IMG/VR virus record: IMGVR_UViG_3300036770_003135
Location: 1-64,000 of that record
Length of the DNA: 64,000 nt
Source: a virus
Direction: 5' to 3' (one strand)
Part shown: positions 17,951 through 28,624 of the stretch, piece by piece
How positions within the stretch are numbered: the first letter of the stretch is position 1
Layout of the letters: each line of letters opens with the position of its first letter
Notes under the pieces: generated by a model
Told to the model about the DNA's origin: nothing
Databases searched by the model: none
What the model saw: only the letters and a program-made list of their open reading frames with translations
Translations under genes and position numbers: made by a program

Positions 17951-18676
17951 TTATTCTGGTATTACGTTACAACAAGAACATCCAAATATTTTCAAATTTT
18001 CAATTGTATAAGTATCACTTGTTGTGTTAACATAACACAAATAATCCCCATTTTTTTGACTAGATGTGGTTGTTATCAACTCAAAATTATAATCATTGTA
18101 ATATGTTAAATTTTGCCAAGTTTCAGCAGTTGAGATTTGAATTAAATTTTCATTTTGACACCCAGGAATAGTATTATTTGAAATTGTTTCTGATGATAAT
18201 GTTAAAGTAACTGGTGTTGTTCCAGAACCTATTGTAAGTATTGAGTTTGTTGTAAAAGTAGTCGCTGATGATATTGGACTAGTTGTTGTAAAATTATAAT
18301 GATTTAAATCAAAAGTAATATAAACGCCATTTGGTAATGTTGGAAGTACTTGTATATTTGTAGTATATTCAATTGTTGTATTTATACCATTATCTATTGT
18401 TTTTTTATTTGATGTTAATAACTTCACTCTATATGTTGTTGGTTTATTTGGATTGTTTAACGTAAATGGTTTTGTAAATAAAAAATCATTAGAATCTTTA
18501 ACTAATAAAAAATATTGTCCACTACACAAATTACTAAAATATGGCATTTTTTTAAATGTTAATCCAGAATTTATTGAATAAGTGTATGGTGGTGTTCCAC
18601 CATATGCAAAGATGGAAACACCACCATCACACCCACAATTTGTTTGATTTATTGTTACAAAAGCCGAAACACTCAT
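17951..18676 (-). CDS. SprB-like repeat protein
   Basis: C..DG.V....GGTPPYTYS...FSNLCSGQY...VKDSN. Confidence 0.6.
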   Translation of the reverse strand: MSVSAFVTINQTNCGCDGGVSIFAYGGTPPYTYSINSGLTFKKMPYFSNLCSGQYFLLVKDSNDFLFTKPFTLNNPNKPTTYRVKLLTSNKKTIDNGINTTIEYTTNIQVLPTLPNGVYITFDLNHYNFTTTSPISSATTFTTNSILTIGSGTTPVTLTLSSETISNNTIPGCQNENLIQISTAETWQNLTYYNDYNFELITTTSSQKNGDYLCYVNTTSDTYTIENLKIFGCSCCNVIPE

Positions 18677-18677
18677 A

Positions 18678-20813
18678 TTATGAACAAGTTATACAATTTA
18701 TGCTATATGTTATTTTGATTTGAACGTTTATTTCACCTCCAACTAAATATTCTGGAGGGTTACATATTGTTTTAATCGTTACTTTATTTAATAATGGATC
18801 AATTTCAACACTATCAATTCCATAATAACTTTCAAGTAAAGTTTTTATAGTTTCAAAAACTAAATTATCACTAGGAAATTGGGTTAATGAACTACTAACA
18901 AAAAACAATTGTGAATTTGTTATTCCGCTAACATCTGTTAGTATTTCCCAATTTGCTGTATTAAGTACACACCCTGTATCACCTGAAGTTAAATCAAAAA
19001 ATCCTTCAAATAACATTTGTTGGGGTCCTTTCTTTATTATTTCACCACTATTTACCAAATCACTATTGCAAATGTTAAACACTTCATATGAACTAAATAA
19101 AACAGTTCCAATTAAATCAATCGTTCTGTTTTGAACACAACCATTGTCATCAGTAATTGTTAAGCTATATGTTCCAGCAGTTAAACCAGTAATCGTAGTC
19201 CCTGTCTGTCCATTTACATTTGAACTCCAAGTTAAGTTAAATGGCGGTTCTCCATCTAAAATTAATGCAGTTATTTCTCCAGTTGTACCTGTTATTGGAC
19301 TATTTGACGCCAATACAAAATCAACATTAGATGAGGATAAAACTTGTGTTGGTAGTATTTGTTGACAGAAATTGGAATCAATTACGGAAATAGTATAACT
19401 ACCTGATGACAAATTATTGAAGGTATAAGCACTTGAAGTTATACCTCCAATTGAATAACCATTTAATTCAAAAGTATATGGGGGAGTACCACCACTAGAA
19501 ACAAATACTGAAATTATACCATCTGAATTATTACAAGTTGTTCCTGTTGTTAATGTAGAAATTGTAAACAAAGTTGTATTAGAAATAGTATACGCACTTG
19601 TAAAATTACAAGGTCCACCATCAGTTACATTTAAAGTATAAGAACCTGATGATAAGTTAGTAAAGGTGTAATTTGGTGAATTTATAACTACGGAATTTGT
19701 ATTACCTGACGAATCTGTTAAAGCAACATTGTATGGTGCCGATGAACCAAATAAATTAATAGACAAAGTTCCACTACTATTATTACAAATTGAGTTTGTT
19801 GTTGTTACAGATAGAATAGAAAATGAGTTTGGAGTTAATAATGATGTTGCTTCATAATCATTACATAATCCAGCATCAGTTACTTGTACACCTAAGATTC
19901 CAGCTGACACACCAGTAAATGTATAATTTGATGCAAAAGTTATCGCAACAGTACCATTTGTTGCCGAAAAATAATATGGAGGAGTACCGCCAGTTACATA
20001 TACATCACAAGTTCCATCCGCGGAAAAACAAGATGGGTTTGTTGTTAACATCGCTGCAATTCCAACATTTGGCACAAATCCAACATTAGTTGATTTTGTT
20101 AAAACACAACCCAAAGAGTCTGAAATAGTCACACTATAACCATCTGAAGTTAATCCAGTAATACTTGACGTACTACTACCATTACTCCAAAGATAAGTAT
20201 ACGGACCAACACCAGTTAAACCTGTAATGTATATTGCCCCAGAATCTACACCACATCCTGCATTATTAATAACGTAAAATCCAAAGTCCATAGTTGTTGA
20301 ACTTTTGATTATACAACTTTCACTTTTACCAGTACAACCACCACCATCATCCGCAATAACATAATATGTACCAGCTGATAAATTATTAAATACGAAATCA
20401 TTGGTAAATGATTCACCGCTTGTCACATAACCTGTACTATTTTCATATAAATAAAAACTACCAAATCCATAAAAATTGGATGTTGATGCCGTTAATACAC
20501 CATTATCTAATCCACAAGTAGTGTTAGTTATTTCTGAAATATTCAGACAACTACCTGTTGATATGTATATATTATAAGTAAGTACATTTGGTGGGACACA
20601 ACTATCTACGACATTTAAAACATATGTACCACCTGACAAACCACTATAATCATAGGTATTACCTGTCAGAACATAAGTTCCAAGTGAAGGTGATATCCAA
20701 TTGATTGAATATCCAGGAGCTTCACCATCAATCTGAATTGAAAATGCCCCAGTATTTGTATTACTACAATCACCAGTTATCCCAATTAAACTTATATCAA
20801 TAAAACAAGACAT
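18678..20813 (-). CDS. Multi-SprB-repeat adhesin-like virion protein
   Basis: About 7 tandem ~80-aa repeats C...G.I......G..PY...W.......L..G.Y.V.V.D..C. Confidence 0.7.
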   Translation of the reverse strand: MSCFIDISLIGITGDCSNTNTGAFSIQIDGEAPGYSINWISPSLGTYVLTGNTYDYSGLSGGTYVLNVVDSCVPPNVLTYNIYISTGSCLNISEITNTTCGLDNGVLTASTSNFYGFGSFYLYENSTGYVTSGESFTNDFVFNNLSAGTYYVIADDGGGCTGKSESCIIKSSTTMDFGFYVINNAGCGVDSGAIYITGLTGVGPYTYLWSNGSSTSSITGLTSDGYSVTISDSLGCVLTKSTNVGFVPNVGIAAMLTTNPSCFSADGTCDVYVTGGTPPYYFSATNGTVAITFASNYTFTGVSAGILGVQVTDAGLCNDYEATSLLTPNSFSILSVTTTNSICNNSSGTLSINLFGSSAPYNVALTDSSGNTNSVVINSPNYTFTNLSSGSYTLNVTDGGPCNFTSAYTISNTTLFTISTLTTGTTCNNSDGIISVFVSSGGTPPYTFELNGYSIGGITSSAYTFNNLSSGSYTISVIDSNFCQQILPTQVLSSSNVDFVLASNSPITGTTGEITALILDGEPPFNLTWSSNVNGQTGTTITGLTAGTYSLTITDDNGCVQNRTIDLIGTVLFSSYEVFNICNSDLVNSGEIIKKGPQQMLFEGFFDLTSGDTGCVLNTANWEILTDVSGITNSQLFFVSSSLTQFPSDNLVFETIKTLLESYYGIDSVEIDPLLNKVTIKTICNPPEYLVGGEINVQIKITYSINCITCS

Positions 20814-23800
20814 TAACTACAATAAATTTGGAAATTTATACCAACATTAATTTTAATGTTGATTGGGGTTTCAGGTACAATACAGCCTTGTGTATAAATA
20901 ATTACAGTATCTTCTGTTAAATAATAATCATACCCATAAACTTTTAAAGACTCCAACGCAAACAATAAAGCATTATCCCAATCATTAACTGAAGGTGAAC
21001 TATAAAATGGTATATAATAACCAGTTCCATTGAAAAATGGATATGATACGACAACAACATCATTTACTCTAATATCAACATACCATTCAGTTAATAAACC
21101 ATTTAAATTACAATCTTTAAGTGAATACCCAGAAACATTTATGTATGAATTAATAACATTAGCCAAAACACCACTAAAATCGGTTAAAAGTGGATTATCA
21201 ATCCAAGGATATTTTGGACATTCTGTTGATTCAATAAAACAATCATTTGTGAATAAATTAGTTGTAAATTCGCATGACCTACAAAGTGGTGGTCTATTTT
21301 TTGGATTACCTTCAGTTGTTCTTGGAATTGGTATTAACTGACAACCTTTCTGTCTTTTCCATGTGAATTTTTGTCTATGGAATATTGAATTTTCAATTCT
21401 TGTACCAGTGTTCCACAGAGTTGTTGCAGGTATCATTTGTTCAACTAATCTAATCCAGTAATCACCCATGCCATTAACATACTCCATCATATTTTGATAA
21501 TTGAAGTTGTTGTTAGGTATATTTACAGTTTCGTTTGATTGAATGTATTTCCAAAATATTGATTGTAGTGTTGGATATCCTCCAGTTTTACCATCAAAAG
21601 CATATAATCTATTTCTTACATTAATTGTATTTTTCCAAAATGTTTGTGCGAATTCAAAAAATGTTTTGTTGTTTGGTTGTGGATTAATCTCAGTCCAATC
21701 TACTCTACCAGTTGATGGATATTGTGGTGTAGGATTTGGGTTACAATAAGTTGGTGGAATGTAATTTAATCCTTCATCTGGTATTGGGTAATTGAATTCT
21801 CTTGACATATACCATACGTCATAAGCTAATCCTTGTCCTGGATTCAAAAATAAATCCACATTCTTAACGTTTAGTACTAGTTTCTCATTATCCACATAAT
21901 ATAACGCATTCAAATCACCATCCAAATTTGACCTAAGTCCAATTTCACTATCAGTCCAACTTTTATTGTTGTCAATTCTTGGGGTTAATCTATATCCTAA
22001 TTCAGTAAATGGTAATTTTCTAAAGACATTTAGATAATCTTGTCCATAAGTAAATGGACTTAATAGTGTTTGGACATTTGGACTTTCACCTGTAAAAACA
22101 CTATTAGTTTCATCAATAATTTCTGGACTAATATGTGAGGGTGTTCTTTCAAACCAACCACTGCCTTTTTGAAAGAAAAATTCATCACTATCATTGTTGA
22201 TACTTGGGTATCCTTCCTCATCAATAGGGTAATCTTCTCTTGATACATCAATAGGAGTAAGTTGAGCACTAGTAGTGTATCCAGTATATTGTATTCCATA
22301 TATTGTGAATATATTCCCTGGTTCTAAAATCGGTAATATTCTAGAATAAGTACCCCCAGAAATTTGAGCAAATTGGGTATTAAATCTATTTATATCTATT
22401 TTTTGATCAGCCAAATAAACATATTCATTAAAATCAACCAATGCTTCTGGTGCACCAATAAGACGCATTAATACCTCAACAGATTTTCTAGTACCTTTAG
22501 ATTTAAATAGATAAGCCGAATTAAGAATCAAATTCCTAAAATATTGATAATTAAGTTCTTCTGGGGTTGGTTGTACACCAACTCCTGAATAAACTGAAGG
22601 TGATTGATTTTGTGTTCCAAATACTGAATTAAGAAATTCATCCGTTGTTATTGGAGAAATATACGTTGACCATCCTAATGTTTGTGCTAAGTTCTTTAAT
22701 AATTGTGAAGGAATATCATTACCAACATTATAATTTACAGATGTCATATACGCCAAAGCGTTGATGAATTTTCTTGTTTCATCAAAACTACGTCCATATA
22801 TTTGTAAAATTTTTTCCATTTTTTGGTCAGGAGTATCAAATTCTTTGAATGACTCCGTTGTTAAAAACCTAGAAATAAGATTTGTTTTATACCCATCAAA
22901 TGAAACTGAAATTTTGTTAAGTTTAGTTACATAATCAACAAAAAAATCAGTTTCAATATCTAAATTCCAAATTCTATTTAAAGGCCAAGTTACTTTAACA
23001 TTTTCAACATAATATTGTCCATTTTCAGTTTCACTTGGAACTTGAAATGTTGAGGTATATATTGGGGTTTCATCCCTATTTAATAGAAATCTGTCAATTT
23101 CATCTAATTTATCTTTAAAAACTTGACTAACAATTTGATCGTTAGGTCTAATAACGATATCACCAACAATAAATGATTGACCTGAAAAAGGATTTCCTCT
23201 AACTGAAATTGTTAAAATACCATTAGATAGAGATGTTGTTGGTATAATACTTGTTAAATTAAATCCATTGCCACTATAATACATTGAATAATTAGTAAAA
23301 CCTGTGGTCATATTTCTAACATTAGAAACTGGTATTTCTTTTAATGTTAGATTTAGAGTTGCTTGATTTGTAAAATCAATCCCAAAAGGATTATAAAGTT
23401 CTTCTATTTCAAAATTTATTGTAGTTTCATTAGCTATTGGATTATAAGTAAAACTATTCACAGTATAACCAGTAGTATCATCATCTTTTAAATATAATGA
23501 TTCAATTCCAGCTGGAAAATAACTAATTATGTTTTTTATTGAGGCTGAAATTCTTTTAGTCATTGACCCATAAAGGGTAAAAGTTGAAACTTGTGATAAA
23601 TCAAAATTAGGATAAACTTTGAAATTATTTTGTGTTATTGAAATTGATTCTTTAACACTTTGTATTCCAAGTGATTGTAAATTAATTGGTTCTGAAAAAA
23701 CACCTGTAATGAAATTTCTATTATTTTTTTCACTTGGAATTGATACAAATTGGAAATTACCCAAAGTTAATCCCCCTCCAGTTGTCAATTGGAGACCAAC

Positions 23801-23863
23801 TAAATAATCTGAAAAGGTTTGTGCACCTGTTGCTTTTTGTGGAGGACATTTAAAATTTGCCAT
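20813..23863 (-). CDS. Baseplate wedge protein (gp7/P2 gpI-like domain)
   Basis: LLKNLAQTLGW...YLFKSKGTRKSVEVLMRLIG; located in the baseplate cluster. Confidence 0.6.
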   Translation of the reverse strand: MANFKCPPQKATGAQTFSDYLVGLQLTTGGGLTLGNFQFVSIPSEKNNRNFITGVFSEPINLQSLGIQSVKESISITQNNFKVYPNFDLSQVSTFTLYGSMTKRISASIKNIISYFPAGIESLYLKDDDTTGYTVNSFTYNPIANETTINFEIEELYNPFGIDFTNQATLNLTLKEIPVSNVRNMTTGFTNYSMYYSGNGFNLTSIIPTTSLSNGILTISVRGNPFSGQSFIVGDIVIRPNDQIVSQVFKDKLDEIDRFLLNRDETPIYTSTFQVPSETENGQYYVENVKVTWPLNRIWNLDIETDFFVDYVTKLNKISVSFDGYKTNLISRFLTTESFKEFDTPDQKMEKILQIYGRSFDETRKFINALAYMTSVNYNVGNDIPSQLLKNLAQTLGWSTYISPITTDEFLNSVFGTQNQSPSVYSGVGVQPTPEELNYQYFRNLILNSAYLFKSKGTRKSVEVLMRLIGAPEALVDFNEYVYLADQKIDINRFNTQFAQISGGTYSRILPILEPGNIFTIYGIQYTGYTTSAQLTPIDVSREDYPIDEEGYPSINNDSDEFFFQKGSGWFERTPSHISPEIIDETNSVFTGESPNVQTLLSPFTYGQDYLNVFRKLPFTELGYRLTPRIDNNKSWTDSEIGLRSNLDGDLNALYYVDNEKLVLNVKNVDLFLNPGQGLAYDVWYMSREFNYPIPDEGLNYIPPTYCNPNPTPQYPSTGRVDWTEINPQPNNKTFFEFAQTFWKNTINVRNRLYAFDGKTGGYPTLQSIFWKYIQSNETVNIPNNNFNYQNMMEYVNGMGDYWIRLVEQMIPATTLWNTGTRIENSIFHRQKFTWKRQKGCQLIPIPRTTEGNPKNRPPLCRSCEFTTNLFTNDCFIESTECPKYPWIDNPLLTDFSGVLANVINSYINVSGYSLKDCNLNGLLTEWYVDIRVNDVVVVSYPFFNGTGYYIPFYSSPSVNDWDNALLFALESLKVYGYDYYLTEDTVIIYTQGCIVPETPINIKINVGINFQIYCS

Positions 23864-24771
23864 TATTGACTAACTATTGTTGAAAAGTTTTTACTAAAAT
23901 CAATGTTATCTAATCTATCTTGTCTAACTTCATATAATAATTCATTGAATGAATCACGAATTTCAAATAGATTATATTGTTTATAAATATTGTTATTACT
24001 ATCATAAATGGTATAAATACCATCATCAATAGATTTAGTTTGGTTACCATATAAAGCAAAAGCCAATGTGGAAATATCATGTTCAACTATTTCAACATCT
24101 AAAGTAATTGGATTAAAAAATGTATTTGATATAATAATTTCTTGATTTGGTTGTCCTATATATGGTATAGCACTTGGTATATTTGTTGGTGCTGAAGATG
24201 GTGATAATGTACAAAATATTAAATTTGTACTAGTTTTAGAGTATTTGTATCTGATAGCTCTTTGTGATGTATTTGTTAAATTCTGAATAATAGGTTCACA
24301 AAAAAATGATGACGTTATAATTCTAAAAAAATTTGGTATTTTAGAACCATCACTATTAAGATATTCCACCCTAAATCCAACTAATCCTTGATTGACAAAT
24401 TTATTTCTACTTTCAACAGGGACATTATTCAAATCAATTACAAGTCCTCTTATATTTGGTAATGCAGCTAAAACACCACAATCAGTAATGAGTGTTCTAA
24501 TTTCGGCAGGTCTAATATAAATAGTGTAAACACCAAGTTGATTGAATCTATCAGCTGGTAACACCAAATTATATAACCCACCTAAAACTTCATTTAAACT
24601 ACCTCCTGTGTCGTTGTTATTAAAGTAAGGTCTCAAAACCTCGGATGAATCTAATCTAGTTAATACAAAATTTGTCGTGTCATCCCTACTTTCAGTATAA
24701 TGTAATATAACATCAACATCTTCAGGTGAAACATCTGCTGGTCTTATTGTACCATAACTTCCTATTGCCAT
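23863..24771 (-). CDS. Putative baseplate/virion protein
   Basis: Translationally coupled within the structural cluster. Confidence 0.5.
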   Translation of the reverse strand: MAIGSYGTIRPADVSPEDVDVILHYTESRDDTTNFVLTRLDSSEVLRPYFNNNDTGGSLNEVLGGLYNLVLPADRFNQLGVYTIYIRPAEIRTLITDCGVLAALPNIRGLVIDLNNVPVESRNKFVNQGLVGFRVEYLNSDGSKIPNFFRIITSSFFCEPIIQNLTNTSQRAIRYKYSKTSTNLIFCTLSPSSAPTNIPSAIPYIGQPNQEIIISNTFFNPITLDVEIVEHDISTLAFALYGNQTKSIDDGIYTIYDSNNNIYKQYNLFEIRDSFNELLYEVRQDRLDNIDFSKNFSTIVSQ

Positions 24772-24813
24772 TTATATTTTTTTTATCTTTTTATAAATAT
24801 TGAATTTAATTTT

Positions 24814-26013
24814 TTAAGTACTCTTTAATATATTAAAAAATTTATAACCATATTTCTGTAAATCACCAAAATTATCAACCTCACCCAATCTCATTAAACT
24901 TTCAAGAGGTGAAATTTTACCTCTTTCCACATAAACATTTGATTGTATTTCAGTTTCACTAATAACATTTAATAAAACTTCATTTTTAGTTAAAGCTGAA
25001 CATACTATTGAATTAGATGTTATTCCCGATGATTCAACAAAAAATATTGTGAATAATGGTATTACTGATGTTATATCCCCATCAAAAAAATCAATATATG
25101 TTACACCACTAATAACATAAGAAACAAAATTCTCACCATAACCTGAAACATAACCAACAACACCAGAACTACCATTAACTTCTTCATATGGTTTATATTT
25201 TCCACCTAATAATTCAGATTCTTTACCATATACTCTTAAATCGTTTAATCTAGAATTAGTATAACCAGTGATTAAAAATGGAACTGTTGTGAAATTGTAA
25301 CTTGCTTGAGCTTCTGTATCACAAATCGAATCCCCTGAAAATAAATAATCATATGATATTGGAGTTCCAGACCAACTACCACCCAATGGGGTGAAAAAAG
25401 CTATTCCGTTTGGGTTTGGTATAGTAGCACCACTAAAAGGTAAATTAATTGTTTTTTGAACAATATTAATATTCCACGGACTTATACCTGACATTGTAAT
25501 TGTATAAGCGGATGGTGTTGTTGGATATATATGAGAATATATTAAAGGATTTATATCATTTACTGTTTGGGTAGTACCATCACCCCAATCTAATATATAA
25601 TTAGAAAAATTTAAATAACTATATGAATTTTTTTCAGACGTATTAGCTAAATAAATTTCATATTGATTTATATTTGAACCTGAGAATATAAAATTTGTGA
25701 AAAAATCTTTTTGTTGTATAGTACCATCAAAAACTGAGTAATAACCTATATCAACATTGTTTTGGGTTAATAAAATTGGTAGAGTTAAGCCAGTCATTAA
25801 TGAATTACCATTAGTCCCACCCGTAACAATTTGACTCATAGGTAATATTCTAGATGTATAACCAGTAACTATTGTTGATGGTGTTATACTTGTCACAACA
25901 CAACAAGGGTCTTCAACAATTGGTGGTACAATAACCCCAGCCTGATATGTCCCAAAAAACAAATCACTTTTAATTACTTCAGGGGAAATTTTATAACTAT
26001 AGTATCTTTCCAT
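24814..26013 (-). CDS. Putative virion protein with PKD-like motif
   Basis: LDWGDGT...SHIY...YTITM. Confidence 0.55.
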   Translation of the reverse strand: MERYYSYKISPEVIKSDLFFGTYQAGVIVPPIVEDPCCVVTSITPSTIVTGYTSRILPMSQIVTGGTNGNSLMTGLTLPILLTQNNVDIGYYSVFDGTIQQKDFFTNFIFSGSNINQYEIYLANTSEKNSYSYLNFSNYILDWGDGTTQTVNDINPLIYSHIYPTTPSAYTITMSGISPWNINIVQKTINLPFSGATIPNPNGIAFFTPLGGSWSGTPISYDYLFSGDSICDTEAQASYNFTTVPFLITGYTNSRLNDLRVYGKESELLGGKYKPYEEVNGSSGVVGYVSGYGENFVSYVISGVTYIDFFDGDITSVIPLFTIFFVESSGITSNSIVCSALTKNEVLLNVISETEIQSNVYVERGKISPLESLMRLGEVDNFGDLQKYGYKFFNILKST

Positions 26014-26819
26014 TATGCTGGTGGATTTACATATTCATACCATTCTATTGGTGTTCCTGTTCCAATTCTTACATTTAAATCATCAAAAATTTGATAAGTT
26101 CTATCTGTAAAATCAAAAACAACTTTCCTAAAAAATAAATCTTCATTATTAAAATTATATACATTCGGTAAGTCACATTGTCTTTTTGTCATTAACCTAA
26201 CAAAAACACCAAGTCTTGCATCAAAAAATTTAACTGACATATAAAAAGTATCAATATTCAAAAAACTTGGATTTCTTAACCAATAAAAAAAGAATCCCTC
26301 TTTATCACCAACAAAATCTAAAATCATATTTGGTTTTTTTATTTTAACTGGTGGCATCAATGGTGAAATTGTTTTTGTTTCAGTTAATCCTTGTTGAACT
26401 GGTAAAATTACTGTGATATAATTAGTTTGTGTTGTCGTATTATTAGTATCATAAAAATCAAGTTTGAAAAAAGAATTTGTGAATGGTTTTCTATAGTAAT
26501 ATATTTCTTCAGAATTGAATCCTTCCGCTAAATAAGAATTAACCCAATCAGATGGTGTTGATGTTGAAACCAAAGTTGGGACTCCATTATAAAAATAAAA
26601 TTTATAATTTATACTCGTAAATCCATTACTTGAATATGGTTTGTGGGAATATCTTGAAATTTCAAAATCTGTTGGCGTACCTACAATGTCCTTAGTGACT
26701 TCTTGTTCATATTTATCAATACTATCACTTCTACCATATAAATCCCATTTGAATTCAATTGGTATATTGATAGTTGAACTTGTAAATGTTCCAATTGGGA
26801 ATGAAAATTTGTTACTCAC
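26013..26819 (-). CDS. Putative virion protein
   Basis: Coupled ORF in the structural cluster. Confidence 0.5.
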   Translation of the reverse strand: MSNKFSFPIGTFTSSTINIPIEFKWDLYGRSDSIDKYEQEVTKDIVGTPTDFEISRYSHKPYSSNGFTSINYKFYFYNGVPTLVSTSTPSDWVNSYLAEGFNSEEIYYYRKPFTNSFFKLDFYDTNNTTTQTNYITVILPVQQGLTETKTISPLMPPVKIKKPNMILDFVGDKEGFFFYWLRNPSFLNIDTFYMSVKFFDARLGVFVRLMTKRQCDLPNVYNFNNEDLFFRKVVFDFTDRTYQIFDDLNVRIGTGTPIEWYEYVNPPA

Positions 26820-28623
26820 AGTTATCGATTAATGGTTGTGTTATTATTGATGATTCAATATAATTAGTTCCTTCAGGTATAATTCTGAAAATATAACTTG
26901 AAAATGGATAATGAGAATTATTTAAAAAAGGATAGTTAACACCAATCCCTGATGTATCAATAAACCCATAATCATATAAATCTCTCCATCTGAACGTTTG
27001 TGTTAATTTTGAGTAATACGCATAATTAGGTCCAGCATCAATTTCTGAACTAGGAACTTCTTCTATGTAATCCGAGAATTGTCGAATAGTTAATTGATGA
27101 TGAGGTTGATAATAATAACCCAAAGGGTTATCTATATATTGTTGCACTTCAGTAGAGAATGCAAATTGATTAAACTTTATTTTATGATAAATTTTTGAAA
27201 TTACTCGTTCTTTTTGTTCATAATTATTCCATTCACATACATCCCCATCTAAAACATCATCACTTTTAAGCGATTCAATATAACAAAAAACTAAATTAGT
27301 ACTATTAGGTCCTAAACCATTACCATATGGTGTTGTGTATGTACGTATAGTTGTATTTGTATTTGATAGTGAATTTATTCTACTCCACCAATTAGTTGGT
27401 CTTCCTGAACTTAAAAGAGGTAAATTAAATTCCCATCCTTGTTTTAATCCCCCACCATTTAAAGTATTAAACATCCACCCAAAATATCCTTTCCATACTA
27501 CGGTAAAAAATAGTTCGCTTAAAGGTCTTCTTCTATTATCTAATAATTCTCCTATTTTTATATCATTGTTGAATGATAAAGAATAAGATTGAGCCCCTTC
27601 TTTAACTGACACTCTACTAATATTATTTGGTGTGAATTTACCACTTTCAAATTTTTTCTTAGTACCAAATATATTTTCTTCGAATCCTGCTTTAGTTAAA
27701 ACAGCGTCATCAACATTTGTTAATAATTTATGTTTCCTAACATAATATTCTGAAATAGTGTCTTCAACTTCAGTACTACTAATTACTCGTTTTATTGTAC
27801 CTGTTACGCCATTATTAAATGTATTACCAGTGAAACCAACATTTACAATGTTGAATATAAATTCGTCACTACCATAAGTTTCTGAACCCAAAGAAAAAAC
27901 TTCAAAAACATCAATACCCGTTAAACCAGTATAAGATGGTAACAAATCAAATTTTATTTTTACATATTCACCAACATTTAACCCATGTTTTATTGGACAT
28001 CTAAATGATACTACATCCAATCCATTTGGACTTTCATTTTCAATAATAAATGGTATACCATCTGAAACTTTCCACGATAAAGTTGTATTTGTAACATAAT
28101 CAATCGCTTGTAATTGTTTATCATAATCACTATCGTAGGCATAACTTAAAAAGAAATTCCAATTATATGTGTTAGCACTTTTAGGTATAAATTGTACATG
28201 TGGTGGTTGGTTTCCATTTGGTTGAGTGTATCCTCGTAAATTATAATCATTTCTAATAAAATCAAACTCATTATATTGAGGTAAACCTGTCCAAGAAACT
28301 AATGTCGCATTAGTACGGCATTGGTCTATTGCCGCTTCTTGAGCGTTTAAATAATATAAATTATTTTCAAATGGTACGTAATTGGTTCTACCTGCTAATG
28401 AGTTTTTAAATAAAATTGAAAATTTACAAGATGGTTTGAATATGTCTGAACTATTTCTTTCATCTTGAAAGAGTTGGTTTAAATTAATATCAATACTTCT
28501 TTCATACTCAGTTAATAATTTTAGATTACCAACTAAAGGTACTTGTAGTAATAAATCAGTATCTGAAGCTGATTTATACCTCAAAGAGCCTAATACAATT
28601 CTAACATTATTAACATTACCCAT
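26812..28623 (-). CDS. Putative virion protein
   Basis: Coupled ORF in the structural cluster. Confidence 0.5.
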   Translation of the reverse strand: MGNVNNVRIVLGSLRYKSASDTDLLLQVPLVGNLKLLTEYERSIDINLNQLFQDERNSSDIFKPSCKFSILFKNSLAGRTNYVPFENNLYYLNAQEAAIDQCRTNATLVSWTGLPQYNEFDFIRNDYNLRGYTQPNGNQPPHVQFIPKSANTYNWNFFLSYAYDSDYDKQLQAIDYVTNTTLSWKVSDGIPFIIENESPNGLDVVSFRCPIKHGLNVGEYVKIKFDLLPSYTGLTGIDVFEVFSLGSETYGSDEFIFNIVNVGFTGNTFNNGVTGTIKRVISSTEVEDTISEYYVRKHKLLTNVDDAVLTKAGFEENIFGTKKKFESGKFTPNNISRVSVKEGAQSYSLSFNNDIKIGELLDNRRRPLSELFFTVVWKGYFGWMFNTLNGGGLKQGWEFNLPLLSSGRPTNWWSRINSLSNTNTTIRTYTTPYGNGLGPNSTNLVFCYIESLKSDDVLDGDVCEWNNYEQKERVISKIYHKIKFNQFAFSTEVQQYIDNPLGYYYQPHHQLTIRQFSDYIEEVPSSEIDAGPNYAYYSKLTQTFRWRDLYDYGFIDTSGIGVNYPFLNNSHYPFSSYIFRIIPEGTNYIESSIITQPLIDNCE

Positions 28624-28624
28624 T

